From Nitrospiria bacterium (GTDB taxonomy: Bacteria > Nitrospirota > RBG-16-64-22), in the NCBI GenBank assembly GCA_919903025.1, contig CAKKSE010000024.1, forward strand, positions 3,175 through 67,174: a DNA stretch of 64,000 nt, read 5' to 3'. A model generated the notes under the pieces. It saw only the letters and a program-made list of their open reading frames with translations, did not search any database and was not told the origin of the DNA. How positions within the stretch are numbered: position 1 is the first letter of the stretch; each line of letters starts with the position of its first letter. The position numbers and the translations under genes are program-made. Shown in pieces: positions 18,685-28,290 of this stretch.

Positions 18685-19170
18685 ATGCACCACGCTTCCC
18701 GCACTCTTGCGTCCCTTGCGCTGGCATCCCTCGTCGCTCTCTTTGGCTGCAATAAATCCGAGAACAGTCCGACATCGGACACAGCGTCTGACAGTTCAAG
18801 TTCCACAACAACGGGAGCAACCTACACGAGCGTCGAGAACTGCAAAGGAACGGAGTTCGACACGAGTGTCGGCGGCACGGAGCTTTACGACACCCATGTT
18901 TTCGCCTACAACGGACCCTACATTCGCCTCAAGCTCACGGGCATCGGCGGCACGCCTCGAATTCAAATCCTTAACGCCGATTTCACATCCACGAAGCTTT
19001 CCTCGGCCCAAGTCGAAGAGGAACTGAAAACGAGGCTCGTGTGGGAAAAACGAGTGAGCAGCAGCGGGGACATCTACCCGAAGGGCGTCGCACCCGGAAC
19101 GTACTACATCAACCTCTACGAGGGAGCCGGGGCCGTTTTCATTTACGACTGCTCTGGTCCGGCAACCTAG
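18685..19170 (+). CDS. Putative lipoprotein, unknown function
   Basis: MHHASRTLASLALASLVALFGCNK (signal plus lipobox-like LFGC). Strong SD TTGGAGG 10 nt upstream. Ser/Thr-rich linker followed by a roughly 110-aa domain. Confidence 0.65.
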   Translation: MHHASRTLASLALASLVALFGCNKSENSPTSDTASDSSSSTTTGATYTSVENCKGTEFDTSVGGTELYDTHVFAYNGPYIRLKLTGIGGTPRIQILNADFTSTKLSSAQVEEELKTRLVWEKRVSSSGDIYPKGVAPGTYYINLYEGAGAVFIYDCSGPAT

Positions 19171-19186
19171 GCGCCAAAACTTCCGA

Positions 19187-19229
19187 CAAGCCCGGACAGG
19201 CAGCGAACACTGCCGGCCCGTCCGGGCTT
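19187..19229. terminator. Bidirectional terminator hairpin between convergent genes
   Basis: AAGCCCGGAC (19188-19197) pairs with GTCCGGGCTT (19220-19229). It lies between the TAG at 19170 and the minus-gene stop at 19243. Confidence 0.45.
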
Positions 19230-19242
19230 GCATTTCCAGCGG

Positions 19243-20148
19243 CTAGGCGCCTGCCTCTCTCCCCTTCACCGCCGCGATCATCAGAGCGTAGCCGCTCGTG
19301 AAGGCGAGAAGGGAATCGAGTCGGGATATCCCCCAAAGAACCGGGTAAACGAACGAATAGATCTTCATCATCCCGCCTATCGCCTTGAAATCCGCCTCCG
19401 ACCCGGGCGAGATCCCACCGTCGCGCGGCCGGGAGGATTCCTGTCGTCGGGCTTTCCGCGCGTAGTAAGCGTTCATCGCCATCTCCAGGACCTCGGTGAA
19501 AAACCGCGAATACGTGGACTCGTGGGATACGACGAATCCCAGGGCTCGGAGCCGTCCGGCGAGATCAAAGAGTGTATAACCCTCTCGAACGTGACCGTAG
19601 TCCTCCAGGGTCAGGCCCGCCAAGCGCCTGAGCCGGTTCGCCAGGTACATCTTCCCCGTCCCTGGAGTCGAAAGAACCAAGGTCCCTCCCGGCTTCAGGA
19701 TCCGCCGGAACTCCTGAAGGCAGAGATCGTCCTCTTGAACGTGCTCCAGGAAGTCGAGGGAGACGATCATGTCCATTGATTGATCGGCAAAGGGGAACGT
19801 CCGGTAATCCAAACGGCAGACACTCGGACCGACGAGCGCCTTTGCGGCCTCAAGGTTTGGAAAATCGAGGTCGGCGCTGACCCACGTTCCTCCCCGGGCC
19901 TTGAGAAGGTAGCTGAACGTCCCCTTCGCGCATCCGAGATCGAGGCACCGGATTTGCCCGTTCAGGCCTGATGGCAACAGCCCTTCCAGGATCCCCCACT
20001 TGATCCTTTTCTTGAGCGACTTTCTGAACAGTTGGATCTGCCACGGAACGTTTTCCTGACTCACGATCACACCCTCTTCGACGGGCAGGGTTCCTGCCCG
20101 GGCAGCGTCCCTCTCAGGGATCATAAGCGTTGAGAGCTTCAACCGCAT
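19243..20148 (-). CDS. Class I SAM-dependent methyltransferase (Methyltransf_11-like)
   Basis: RCLDLGCAKGTFS (motif I); ILKPGGTLVLSTP. Confidence 0.75.
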   Translation of the reverse strand: MRLKLSTLMIPERDAARAGTLPVEEGVIVSQENVPWQIQLFRKSLKKRIKWGILEGLLPSGLNGQIRCLDLGCAKGTFSYLLKARGGTWVSADLDFPNLEAAKALVGPSVCRLDYRTFPFADQSMDMIVSLDFLEHVQEDDLCLQEFRRILKPGGTLVLSTPGTGKMYLANRLRRLAGLTLEDYGHVREGYTLFDLAGRLRALGFVVSHESTYSRFFTEVLEMAMNAYYARKARRQESSRPRDGGISPGSEADFKAIGGMMKIYSFVYPVLWGISRLDSLLAFTSGYALMIAAVKGREAGA

Positions 20149-20743
20149 CGATGTCCGCCCCGGCCGTAAAGTAGCACTCGCAATTGTCTCCAGGACGTGT
20201 GCAGTTGTAGTCGTAGTCCTTGTCCACGATCCGGACGTACCTTACCGAAGCGATACCGGCCCCCGACAGGTCGAAATCGCACGACTCGGGGCAGTACTTG
20301 ATCCCCAGGCTCTTCCACGGCCCCTCCGGCGAGAGAGCGGCGAAAGCCTCGATCGGTTCATCCCCCACGGCCTGATAGATTCTCAGATCGGCCCCCGGTC
20401 CGTCCCGAACTTCGGTCCCCATCTCGACGACGATCTCGCCTCCGTATCCGAGAGACAGGAATCCGGTGTAGTAGTCGGGGTTAGATTTGGGATCCGTGCT
20501 CGGCGAGACGGCCGGAACTCGCCGATTGACGGTGTACCACGGCGGCCCGACGATTTCCTGGATATCGGTTTCGACATTGACCCCCGCGCATCCCAGCTTG
20601 GCCGAAACCGCGCGCCGGGCAAACCGATCCCCTTCCGCCGGCGTATCGACGGGAGACGAGCGGGAGCACGCCGGGCCCGCGATGCCGACGAGCCCGACAA
20701 GAACCACCGAAACGAGTCTTCCGGATGCTTCTCCGCGTATCAC
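20114..20743 (-). CDS. Secreted protein of unknown function (signal peptide, Cys-containing)
   Basis: GTG start at 20743 overlaps the upstream TGA (GTGA) and follows GGAGGGGG. N-terminus IRGEASGRLVSVVLVGLVGIAGPACS. C-terminus has 6 Cys (CPESCDFD...YNCTRPGDNCECYF). Confidence 0.5.
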   Translation of the reverse strand: MIRGEASGRLVSVVLVGLVGIAGPACSRSSPVDTPAEGDRFARRAVSAKLGCAGVNVETDIQEIVGPPWYTVNRRVPAVSPSTDPKSNPDYYTGFLSLGYGGEIVVEMGTEVRDGPGADLRIYQAVGDEPIEAFAALSPEGPWKSLGIKYCPESCDFDLSGAGIASVRYVRIVDKDYDYNCTRPGDNCECYFTAGADIDAVEALNAYDP

Positions 20744-21693
20744 GTTCGCGCCCCCTCCAGTCCGGCGCTCCGTCGATGAAACACGTACACGACGCCGCCC
20801 GCCGCCCCCCAGCCGAGTTGGATCGCATAGTCCACCCATGCGAGCGCCACAACCTCCGGCGCTCCAACTCCAAGGGGAACGAGAAGGGCGAGTAGCCCGT
20901 TTTCACGGAGGCCGATCCCGTTGATCGAAACCGGAATCAGCAGGACGAGCGCCAAAGCCGGAACGACGAGGAAGAAGCTCTCTATCGGGAGGTCGATCTC
21001 GAGAGCCCTGGCCAGAACGCCCCAGCACAGAATCACGTTCACTTGCAACAGGATAGTTGCCAACATAGCACGGCCGATGACCCGGCCCTGTCCCCGATAG
21101 GTCCGAAGGGCTTCGACGAAGCGTCGGAGCATATCGCCAATGCGGCCGATACCTTCCGATTTCCGTTCCCCTCGTTCCCCGATGGGAAGCCGGGTTGCGC
21201 CCCAGAACGCCGCGAGAGATCCGAACGCGAGGATCAAGAACGGAATCCGCAGGACTTCCGAAACGGCGTTCTCCGTTGCCAGAGCCGCGACGCTTCCGAC
21301 GACCAGGAGGGTGATCAGGCCGATCGACCGCTCGACGAAGACCACTCCAACGGCCGAAATGCGCTCGCCCTTGTCGGAAGGCGTCTGGTAGGCGCGAAGA
21401 GCGTCGCCCCCGATCGTCGAGGGCAGAAACTGGTTGAAGAAGAGACCGCTCAGAAGCGATCGGACCAGATAGCCGTATCCATACCCCTGGTGAAAAACGG
21501 ACAGGAGAGACCTCCACCGGTGGGCGCTCAGGCCGAGGCCTACGACATGGAGACCGATCGCCGCCGCGATCCATTCCGGATGCGCGCGACACGCCGCCTC
21601 CCGGACCGAGGCGAGATCGACGCGCGAAAAGAGGTATAAGATCAGCGCCCCGCTGACGGCCGCTTTGAGCGCCAGGGCCAGCCCCCGGCTCAC
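20740..21693 (-). CDS. Lysylphosphatidylglycerol-synthase-TM-domain / flippase-like membrane protein (UPF0104 family)
   Basis: Roughly 8 TM helices; ILYLFSRVDLASV..., FNQFLPSTIGGDALRAY characteristic of the flippase-like domain family. ATGA overlap with the gene upstream. Confidence 0.65.
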   Translation of the reverse strand: MSRGLALALKAAVSGALILYLFSRVDLASVREAACRAHPEWIAAAIGLHVVGLGLSAHRWRSLLSVFHQGYGYGYLVRSLLSGLFFNQFLPSTIGGDALRAYQTPSDKGERISAVGVVFVERSIGLITLLVVGSVAALATENAVSEVLRIPFLILAFGSLAAFWGATRLPIGERGERKSEGIGRIGDMLRRFVEALRTYRGQGRVIGRAMLATILLQVNVILCWGVLARALEIDLPIESFFLVVPALALVLLIPVSINGIGLRENGLLALLVPLGVGAPEVVALAWVDYAIQLGWGAAGGVVYVFHRRSAGLEGART

Positions 21694-22476
21694 GGGCCCG
21701 GTTCCTCCTCGCGCATCCGGATGATCCGCGCGGGAACCCCTGCCGCAATCGCGAAGTCCGGGACGGACTCCCGCACAACCGCCCCGGCGCCGATCACCGC
21801 GCCCCGTCCAATTGTGACGCCGTCCAGCACGGTAACTCCCGCCCCCAGCCAGGCTTCCTCTCCGATCGCAACGCCCCCCTTAAGGTAAGATTCCTGTTCG
21901 GAGATAGGAAGATCCATCCGGTCGAACCTGTGGTTCCCGCCGGCCAGAATATAGCAATACGCGGACACCAGCGCCCCCGCGCCGATTTCCACCCGGCTCT
22001 CCGAATGGATCAGGCAGTTGATTCCGATTTTCGCCGAAGGACCGATCCGGACATCTCCCTCCTTACAGCTGACAATCGAGTTCCGGCTCACAAGAACGTT
22101 GTCTTCAAGAACGATACCGTGGTTTTCCGAACCTTTCGCGTCGAGAACCACGTTGTCATCCAGCACGACGTTCGAACCCAGTGCAATCTTTTTTGGATGT
22201 CGCAGGGTCAAGTTCCGGCCGAAGATCGTCCCCCGCCCCTGGGAGCCGAGGAGCGGGCGATAGCAGACCCTGCGGGCCGCGAATCCTGCCGCCCCTGGAA
22301 GTCCCCCCGCCAGCGTGAGGATCTCGTAAAGAAACAGGAAACCGAGTCCCCGCTCTCCGACGACGAACCTCCGGTATTTCTCCACCATTCCGCCCGCCCG
22401 GCCTTCGTCCTCGGCGACAAGGTTGTGGAAAGCCTCCGCTCGGCTCTTAGGATAATCGGGATGTTTCTGGGTCATA
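21690..22476 (-). CDS. Hexapeptide-repeat (left-handed beta-helix) acyltransferase, probable sugar O-acetyltransferase
   Basis: Repeated [LIV]G-X4 hexads: IALGSNVVLDDNVVLDAKGSENHGIVLEDNVLVSRNSIV...IGAGALVSAYCYIL...VAIGEEAWLGAGVTVLDGVTIGRGAVIGAGAVV. ATG at 22476 overlaps the upstream TGA (ATGA). Confidence 0.8.
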
Positions 22477-22924
22477 GGCCAAAAAAGGAACTGTCCGTGA
22501 TCAGCCACTGACCATCCTTCTTCCTGTAGTCCAATCGCCATCTCCCCTTGCCGGAACTGCCGAACGTCGACCGGCCGTACTCCCGGACCTGAAACTCGCT
22601 CACAATCTCCAGCCGGCCGAAGTCTCCATCGATCCTTCGGTAGGAATCTTCGTAAAGAAGAACGCGTATCTCCTCGAAATCAGCGTAATCGGCCTGGAGC
22701 TCATCATATTCCTCGAAGTATCCGCCGCTCGTCTTGTCCCAGTACGAAAAAGCAAGGCTCTTCTGCCGAATCTCCTCGGCGAAAGCATAAAACTCCTCGC
22801 GCAGGATCTCCTCATCGGTCTTGACAACCTCGGGTTCCGCCGGGTTGGATCCACCGCACCCGGCCAGCGCACCCCAGAGCAGAATCGCCGAAACAATCCG
22901 ACCCGATCCCAGAAACCTGATCAT
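22472..22924 (-). CDS. Small lipoprotein of unknown function
   Basis: ORF 22472..24259 trimmed to MIRFLGSGRIVSAILLWGALAGCGG (lipobox LAGC). GGAGGAGG upstream; ATG 22924 overlaps the TGA of the rSAM gene (ATGA). Confidence 0.65.
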   Translation of the reverse strand: MIRFLGSGRIVSAILLWGALAGCGGSNPAEPEVVKTDEEILREEFYAFAEEIRQKSLAFSYWDKTSGGYFEEYDELQADYADFEEIRVLLYEDSYRRIDGDFGRLEIVSEFQVREYGRSTFGSSGKGRWRLDYRKKDGQWLITDSSFFGL

Positions 22925-23973
22925 GCCTCCTCCACGATCTTGAGCCCGCGGCTCCTCCCGGTCCCAAACCCCCGACGTCTCCGCCCGTATCCCAGGATCT
23001 GGTCGGTCAGGAACCGCCGCAGGTTGGGAGTCGGAACGCCCGCGAACGTCGGACGGTAGATTACGTCGCAAGCAGAACACGCCGAGTAGTGTTCCACACG
23101 CCGTGCCAGCATGTCTTCCCTCAGCCGACGGAGCGCGTCCCCGCGCCAGATCTCCATGAGCGACGCATCCCGGACGTTCCCCAGGGGATATGCCCCGAAG
23201 AAGTCCTGCGGACAAGTCACGGCCGTGCCGTCCCAGAAGATCACCAGAGCGAACCACGGAAACGTGCACGGAACGAAGCGCCGTTTCGAGGGTACCTTGC
23301 TCGCGTCGTAGCTCCCGGCCCAGTTGTGGGGGGCCTTGATCCTGAGCTCGTCGAGCGGCAGATCCCGGAAACGCTCGACGAACAGCCTCCGCGCGTCCGG
23401 ATCGACGTTCCCCATCGACGGAAAATCGATGACCTCGATGACGGTGTACGGCTTCCGGCTTCCCAGCGATTTCTTGACCCGCAGGAACTCCACGATGTTT
23501 CCGAGCGTCTTCTCGAACGAACCCCGGACCCGGATTCTCTCGTACGCCTCCTTCTCGAACCCGTCGAACGAGAAGGAAAGGTAATCGAGGCCCGAACGGA
23601 CGACCGCCTCCGCCTTCTCGGCGTCGATCGCAGCCCCGTTGGTGTGCAGTTTCGTCCGAATCCCTTTCCGAGCGGCATACGCAAGCAGGGGAGCAAACTC
23701 CGGATGGAGGGTCGACTCCCCCCGGTGATGAACAGCCATGTCGTACGCAAAAGCGGACGCCTCGTCCACGATCTTTCGAAACAGATCGGGCTCCATCATT
23801 CCGGGCTTCGGGGCCGACGGAAGGCTCGTCGGGCACATGACGCACTTGAGATTGCAGGCGTTCGTCATCTCGACCCAGAGCCGGACCGGGGAATAGGGAA
23901 CTCGCGCGCTCCGGACGACGGCGTACCGCCAGTACATTCGCGCGAGATGGAGAAGATGTCCGGGCGTTCCCAT
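22921..23973 (-). CDS. Radical SAM protein with SPASM domain #2
   Basis: EMTNACNLKCVMCP (CX3CX2C); C-terminal CTFPWFALVIFWDGTAVTCPQD...YSACSACD. Confidence 0.8.
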   Translation of the reverse strand: MGTPGHLLHLARMYWRYAVVRSARVPYSPVRLWVEMTNACNLKCVMCPTSLPSAPKPGMMEPDLFRKIVDEASAFAYDMAVHHRGESTLHPEFAPLLAYAARKGIRTKLHTNGAAIDAEKAEAVVRSGLDYLSFSFDGFEKEAYERIRVRGSFEKTLGNIVEFLRVKKSLGSRKPYTVIEVIDFPSMGNVDPDARRLFVERFRDLPLDELRIKAPHNWAGSYDASKVPSKRRFVPCTFPWFALVIFWDGTAVTCPQDFFGAYPLGNVRDASLMEIWRGDALRRLREDMLARRVEHYSACSACDVIYRPTFAGVPTPNLRRFLTDQILGYGRRRRGFGTGRSRGLKIVEEA

Positions 23974-23982
23974 TATGCAATC

Positions 23983-24987
23983 CTACGCGAGGTCCCCCGC
24001 GGCGCGGTACCAGGCCACCGTCCGCGGGATCCCCTCCCCCAGCGGGACCCGCGCCGTGAAGCCGATCAGCCGCGCGGCCTTGGACACATCGTACGCGCGG
24101 GGCTTGAAGAAGAAATCCACCTTCGCTCTCGTAAGGGGCGCTTCCGATCCAAAAATCCGAAATGCGTCCTCCAGCAAACCGGCGGCGAACCGCAGGGGTT
24201 GGCGGGGAACATGGATACGGCGGAGGCGGACCCCCAGGGAGTCGGCAATGACCTCGCAAAGCTCACGAATAGGCACGATCTGTGCGCCTCCCAGCGTCAG
24301 GATCTCTCCCGCCTTCAGGCCGGCCGTCAGGCATCGGCCCATCCCTTCAACCAAGTCCTCGACGAAGATCGGATGCTCGATGGTCCTTCCGTCGCCCACG
24401 AAAAAGAAATACCTCTTCTGAATCGCCCGCATCAGTTTGAGCGTCCGGCGGTCGCCCGGGCCGTAGACCCAGGTCGGGCGGACGATGACGACCGGATCCC
24501 CCTCCGCCGCGAAGCGCCTGGCGATCTCCTCGCCTTGCTGTTTCGACAACTCGTAAATGTCCTCCGGATGGTATGGCGCATCCTCGCCAGCCGGCGGACC
24601 CTGGATCGACCCCAGAACGCCCACACTGCTCACATGGACGAACCGACGGACGCCCGCCCGCCGCGCCGCGCTCAGGACGTTTTCCGTCCCGCGGGCATTG
24701 ACTTCCAGAAAGCGGCCGCGGTCCACCGGCGCGGCTCCCAGCAGACTGGCGAGGTGAAAGACCCCCTGGACCCCCTCCATTGCGCGAAGAACCGACTCTC
24801 GGTCGCCGACATCGCCTGGAACGATCTCGACACCCGCGTCGCCCCGCCCCATCGCCGCGGACCGCCTGGACAGGACTCGAACGGAATACCCGTTCTCCGT
24901 CAGCCGACGGCAAAGATGCCGGCCGATGAATCCGGTCCCGCCCGTGACAAGAATTCCATCCGGCGGCCGCAACGCTTCGCTCGGCAT
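23983..24987 (-). CDS. NAD-dependent epimerase/dehydratase (SDR family)
   Basis: ORF 23983..25218 trimmed to MPSEALRPPDGILVTGGTGFIGRHL (ATG 24987, TGATG overlap). YELSK catalytic Y-X3-K. Confidence 0.8.
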   Translation of the reverse strand: MPSEALRPPDGILVTGGTGFIGRHLCRRLTENGYSVRVLSRRSAAMGRGDAGVEIVPGDVGDRESVLRAMEGVQGVFHLASLLGAAPVDRGRFLEVNARGTENVLSAARRAGVRRFVHVSSVGVLGSIQGPPAGEDAPYHPEDIYELSKQQGEEIARRFAAEGDPVVIVRPTWVYGPGDRRTLKLMRAIQKRYFFFVGDGRTIEHPIFVEDLVEGMGRCLTAGLKAGEILTLGGAQIVPIRELCEVIADSLGVRLRRIHVPRQPLRFAAGLLEDAFRIFGSEAPLTRAKVDFFFKPRAYDVSKAARLIGFTARVPLGEGIPRTVAWYRAAGDLA

Positions 24988-26142
24988 CAAGTATACGCTT
25001 CCGCGACCCTGTTCCGATAAACCGCGTACGAATAACGCTCCCGGGCGAGACAGGCCGCCCTTGTTCCGAGCGAGAGACGCTTCTCCGCGTTCTCGACGAC
25101 GTCGAGGATGGCGCGAGCCAATCCTTCCCGGGTCGGCGCGGCCATCACCGCCACGGTCTCGTCCAACACCTGTCGATGAGTCTCCAGGTCCGTCGCGACG
25201 ATCGCCTTGCCGGCCCACAGGTACGAGTAGATCTTGAGTGGCGTGTTCGTGCCCGTCGTCCGCGGAGACAGAAGAACATCCGCGAGGGCCAGGTACAACG
25301 GCATCTCCTCGGGAGGCCGCTTCCCGACGATCCGAATGTTTTCCCCCACGCCCGCCCGGTCGGCCATGGACCGGTAACGGGCCTGCTGGTCCGGATCTCC
25401 CCCGACCAGAACGAACACGACGTCCGGCCGCCGGCCGACGATCCAGGGGATCCCTTCGATCAAAAGGTCGAGCCCTTGATTCACCTCGAACGTTCCTGTG
25501 TAGACAGCCGCCAGCTTTCCGTCGAGGCCGAGAGACTCCTTCAGGCGGCCCACGTCTTCCATTGACGGTTGGCGTTCCGCCGCCACGGGTTGGTTCTCAA
25601 TGAGGAGCACCCTCTTGTCCGGCGAGAGAGCGTTGACACACCTGACGAGCTCCGGGCAGACGGCGATAACCACGTCGGACCGCCTTACGACCCAGCGTTC
25701 GAACCACCGCATCAGGGAAATCACAGGCTCCAACCGCGTCCATCCGTAGTTCCTGAGCTGTTCGGGAAGGCTCGAGTGCATGTCGTACACATGACGATAG
25801 GAAAAAAACCGCCGGAGAAGGGCCCCGATGCCGCCCGCCTCTTCGTGCGTGTGGACCACGTCGTATCGGCTCTTCATCAGGCGTCGAAGCGTGGTCGCCA
25901 AAACGAGGATGTCGAGGGGAAACTTGATCCAGGACGGCCCGATGGGGATGGATCTTAGGAACGGAAGATTCGCGGTCCGGTAGATCCGAAGACCCGGAAT
26001 CTGCACATCCTCTCCCAAGGGGTAAGTGACAAGGTCAACCTCGTGACCGAGATCTGTCAGCGCCCGAACCCGGGCGAGAACGCTGAACGGCGTCCCCCGT
26101 GGCTGGAAAAAGGGCTGAGGCGCGATCATCAGAATCCTCACC
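24987..26142 (-). CDS. GT4-family glycosyltransferase
   Basis: Large ORF trimmed to GTG 26142 (GGAGAG-N6-GTG; MRILMIAPQPFF). The GTG overlaps the TGA of the upstream MTase (GTGA). LLSPRTTGTNTPLKIYSYLWAGKAIVATD. Confidence 0.75.
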
Positions 26143-26908
26143 GATCGCTCTCCTCGGCTTGCCGCCCGCAGAGGATCGTTGCCGGAGCGCCGAACCGTCG
26201 GGCGAGACCCAGCCGGGTCATGATACCCTCCACCCCCTCGGAGAGCCGACGGCTCCCGATCAGCCGGTGCACAGCGAGTGGAACGACGAATTCCCGGTGA
26301 ACTTCCAGCACGCGGAATCCTTCTGCGCCGAGTTCTTCGGTAAGTCTCGAAAGGCGGAAAGTCCTGTAGGCCTGAACGTCCCTCAAACCAAGCCGTTCCA
26401 TCGCGCGGCGAAAAGGAGGCGCCAGGGCGGCCAGGCTCGCACTCGGCGGAACATCCAGAATCACGCGCCGCCGGGCCACGCGGCAGATCTCGCCGAGGGC
26501 CTTCCTCCAGTCGGGCACGTGCATAAGCACGCGGAAGCAGACGACCGTATCGAACGAACGGGCGGAAAAAGGGAGGGCCTGCGCATCGGCGGTCTCGAAC
26601 GACATGGCGAAACCAAGCGAGGCGGCTTTCTCCCTCGCGACATCCATCATGGCCGGCGAAGCGTCCGACGCCGTGACCATCCCACCCTCGCGCGCAAGCG
26701 CGAGGGAGGCGCGGCCCGTGCCCGCCCCCACATCGAGAAACGTCTTCCCCGCAATCTCCGTCCCCAGCATCCGCAAGAGAACGGTCTCCTGGCGCTCGGC
26801 GACCATAACGCCGATGGGACCCCCAAAGCGGTCCGTATCGAATCCCTGCGCCACGTCCGGCCTCGCGTACAGGGAGTAACTGTAATGGGCCCGTGTCGAG
26901 GCCTTCAC
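26138..26908 (-). CDS. Class I SAM-dependent methyltransferase
   Basis: Trimmed to GTG 26908 (GGGAGG-N4-GTG), overlapping the TGA of the upstream hydrolase. FLDVGAGTGRASLALA motif I; VVCFRVLMHVPD. Confidence 0.75.
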   Translation of the reverse strand: MKASTRAHYSYSLYARPDVAQGFDTDRFGGPIGVMVAERQETVLLRMLGTEIAGKTFLDVGAGTGRASLALAREGGMVTASDASPAMMDVAREKAASLGFAMSFETADAQALPFSARSFDTVVCFRVLMHVPDWRKALGEICRVARRRVILDVPPSASLAALAPPFRRAMERLGLRDVQAYRTFRLSRLTEELGAEGFRVLEVHREFVVPLAVHRLIGSRRLSEGVEGIMTRLGLARRFGAPATILCGRQAEESDR

Positions 26909-27477
26909 ACCCAGCCTCCCAGCTTCGCGCGGGACACACCCTTCAGTCGCCCGCTCTTCCAGAGCCATACAGCTCCGATCAACGGGAGAAAGATGCCCGC
27001 TTCCAGCCCGAATTCGACAAGGTTGTGGGGATCCCAAAGATCCGCCAAGGATCCCTTCTTGACGCCAGGGAAGAGGCTTACGGGTGAAAGAAACCGTTCG
27101 CTGGAAAAGGGCCAGAGGAGCATGACGCCGATCGGGGGAAAGGTATCGTCGCCGAGGCTGTCGAGCAGGACATGGGCGTACGTCAAGGCGGCAAAAAAAG
27201 GCCACCCGAGGGAAAGGGGGATTCCGCGCTTTCTGAAAAAGAAACCGAAGGCTAGCCCCGCCGTGGCGGCGAACCCGATCGAGTGGGTGATCCCCTGGTG
27301 AAACGGGGAGACCGCCTCGAGGCCCACTACGACGGCCGGCAGAAGATCGAGGTCCGGCAAGTTCCCCGCGATCAATGCGGCGATCCAGAACACAGGCTCA
27401 TTCTTGGAGTGGATTTTCCGGCCTGCGATCGACGCCAGTAACCAGCTCGCCAGCGTATGACCAATCGGTGACGGCAT
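26905..27477 (-). CDS. Membrane-bound metal-dependent hydrolase (YdjM/DUF457-like)
   Basis: MPSPIGHTLASW...GNLPDLDLL...GITHS; 4-5 TM helices. Confidence 0.6.
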   Translation of the reverse strand: MPSPIGHTLASWLLASIAGRKIHSKNEPVFWIAALIAGNLPDLDLLPAVVVGLEAVSPFHQGITHSIGFAATAGLAFGFFFRKRGIPLSLGWPFFAALTYAHVLLDSLGDDTFPPIGVMLLWPFSSERFLSPVSLFPGVKKGSLADLWDPHNLVEFGLEAGIFLPLIGAVWLWKSGRLKGVSRAKLGGWV

Positions 27478-27492
27478 TTCTCCCCTACACCC

Positions 27493-28290
27493 TTATTCCG
27501 GAACCAGCAAGTAATACGACCCCGTCACGACGAGCTCTCGCAGACCTGGCAGGCGCCCAAGCAGACCCGCGCGGACAACCGGAAGGCCGTGTTTGAACCC
27601 CAGGGAAGGCCGAATCACGTAGTGCTCGCGTTCCCGGACCTTCCAGCCGCTCTCTCGAACTTCCCTCTCAAACCGGCTGATCGTCATCCGATTGAGCGAG
27701 CGAACCTCGGCCCGATACTCGGGAATATCGGGAAGCCAGCGCTCGTACAGCCGGCCCGGAAGAATCTGAACCCACGGGATGTACTTTGTCCGCGACTGCG
27801 GATGGTGCTGGTGCCCCCCGTAAGGAGAGTAGTACGGGGGAAACGAGACGAACATCCATCCGCTCCCGCGGATGCTTCCCCTGAGCCTGCTCAGCATGCC
27901 GCCGGAGTCCGCCACATGCTCCACAACGTCACGCAGAACTATTCCGTCGAAATCCCGATACCCATCCAGGCTTGAGCTGGCAGCCGCGTCCGCGCAGACA
28001 TATTGGGCGGAAACTCCCGACTTTTCGGCAAAACGGCGGGCGGCCTCCACTCTCTCGGAGTCAATTTCAAGGCCCAAAACCCGTGCCCCGCGGGCCGCAA
28101 GGGCAACCGTCACGCCTCCCATCCCGCATCCTGCATCCAGGATGGCGGCTCCGCCGATCGCGATGCCCCAGCGCCCGAGCATCGGAACCACGGTCTCGCA
28201 CGCAAGCGCCTGTTCGTACTCCGCGTAGGCTTCGGGCGACGATACCCTCCGCAAGCTCAGGCCGCGCCCGTTCGTGCCGCCCATCGTCAC
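27493..28290 (-). CDS. Class I SAM-dependent methyltransferase
   Basis: ILDAGCGMGGVTVALA (motif I), LEIDSERV, IVLRDVVEHV. Confidence 0.75.
   Translation of the reverse strand: MTMGGTNGRGLSLRRVSSPEAYAEYEQALACETVVPMLGRWGIAIGGAAILDAGCGMGGVTVALAARGARVLGLEIDSERVEAARRFAEKSGVSAQYVCADAAASSSLDGYRDFDGIVLRDVVEHVADSGGMLSRLRGSIRGSGWMFVSFPPYYSPYGGHQHHPQSRTKYIPWVQILPGRLYERWLPDIPEYRAEVRSLNRMTISRFEREVRESGWKVREREHYVIRPSLGFKHGLPVVRAGLLGRLPGLRELVVTGSYYLLVPE

Noticed and set aside
19166-19251. Direct repeat ctaggcgcc flanking the bidirectional terminator (19166-19174 and 19243-19251)
   Set aside because: It is short (9 bp) and overlaps both convergent stop codons. This is most simply explained by chance or the terminator context rather than by a mobile-element target duplication.
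23089-25020. 643-aa plus-strand ORF
   Set aside because: It is antisense to the rSAM/SPASM and epimerase genes, which have diagnostic motifs (CX3CX2C, GGTGFIG, YxxxK). The plus-frame translation is low-complexity.
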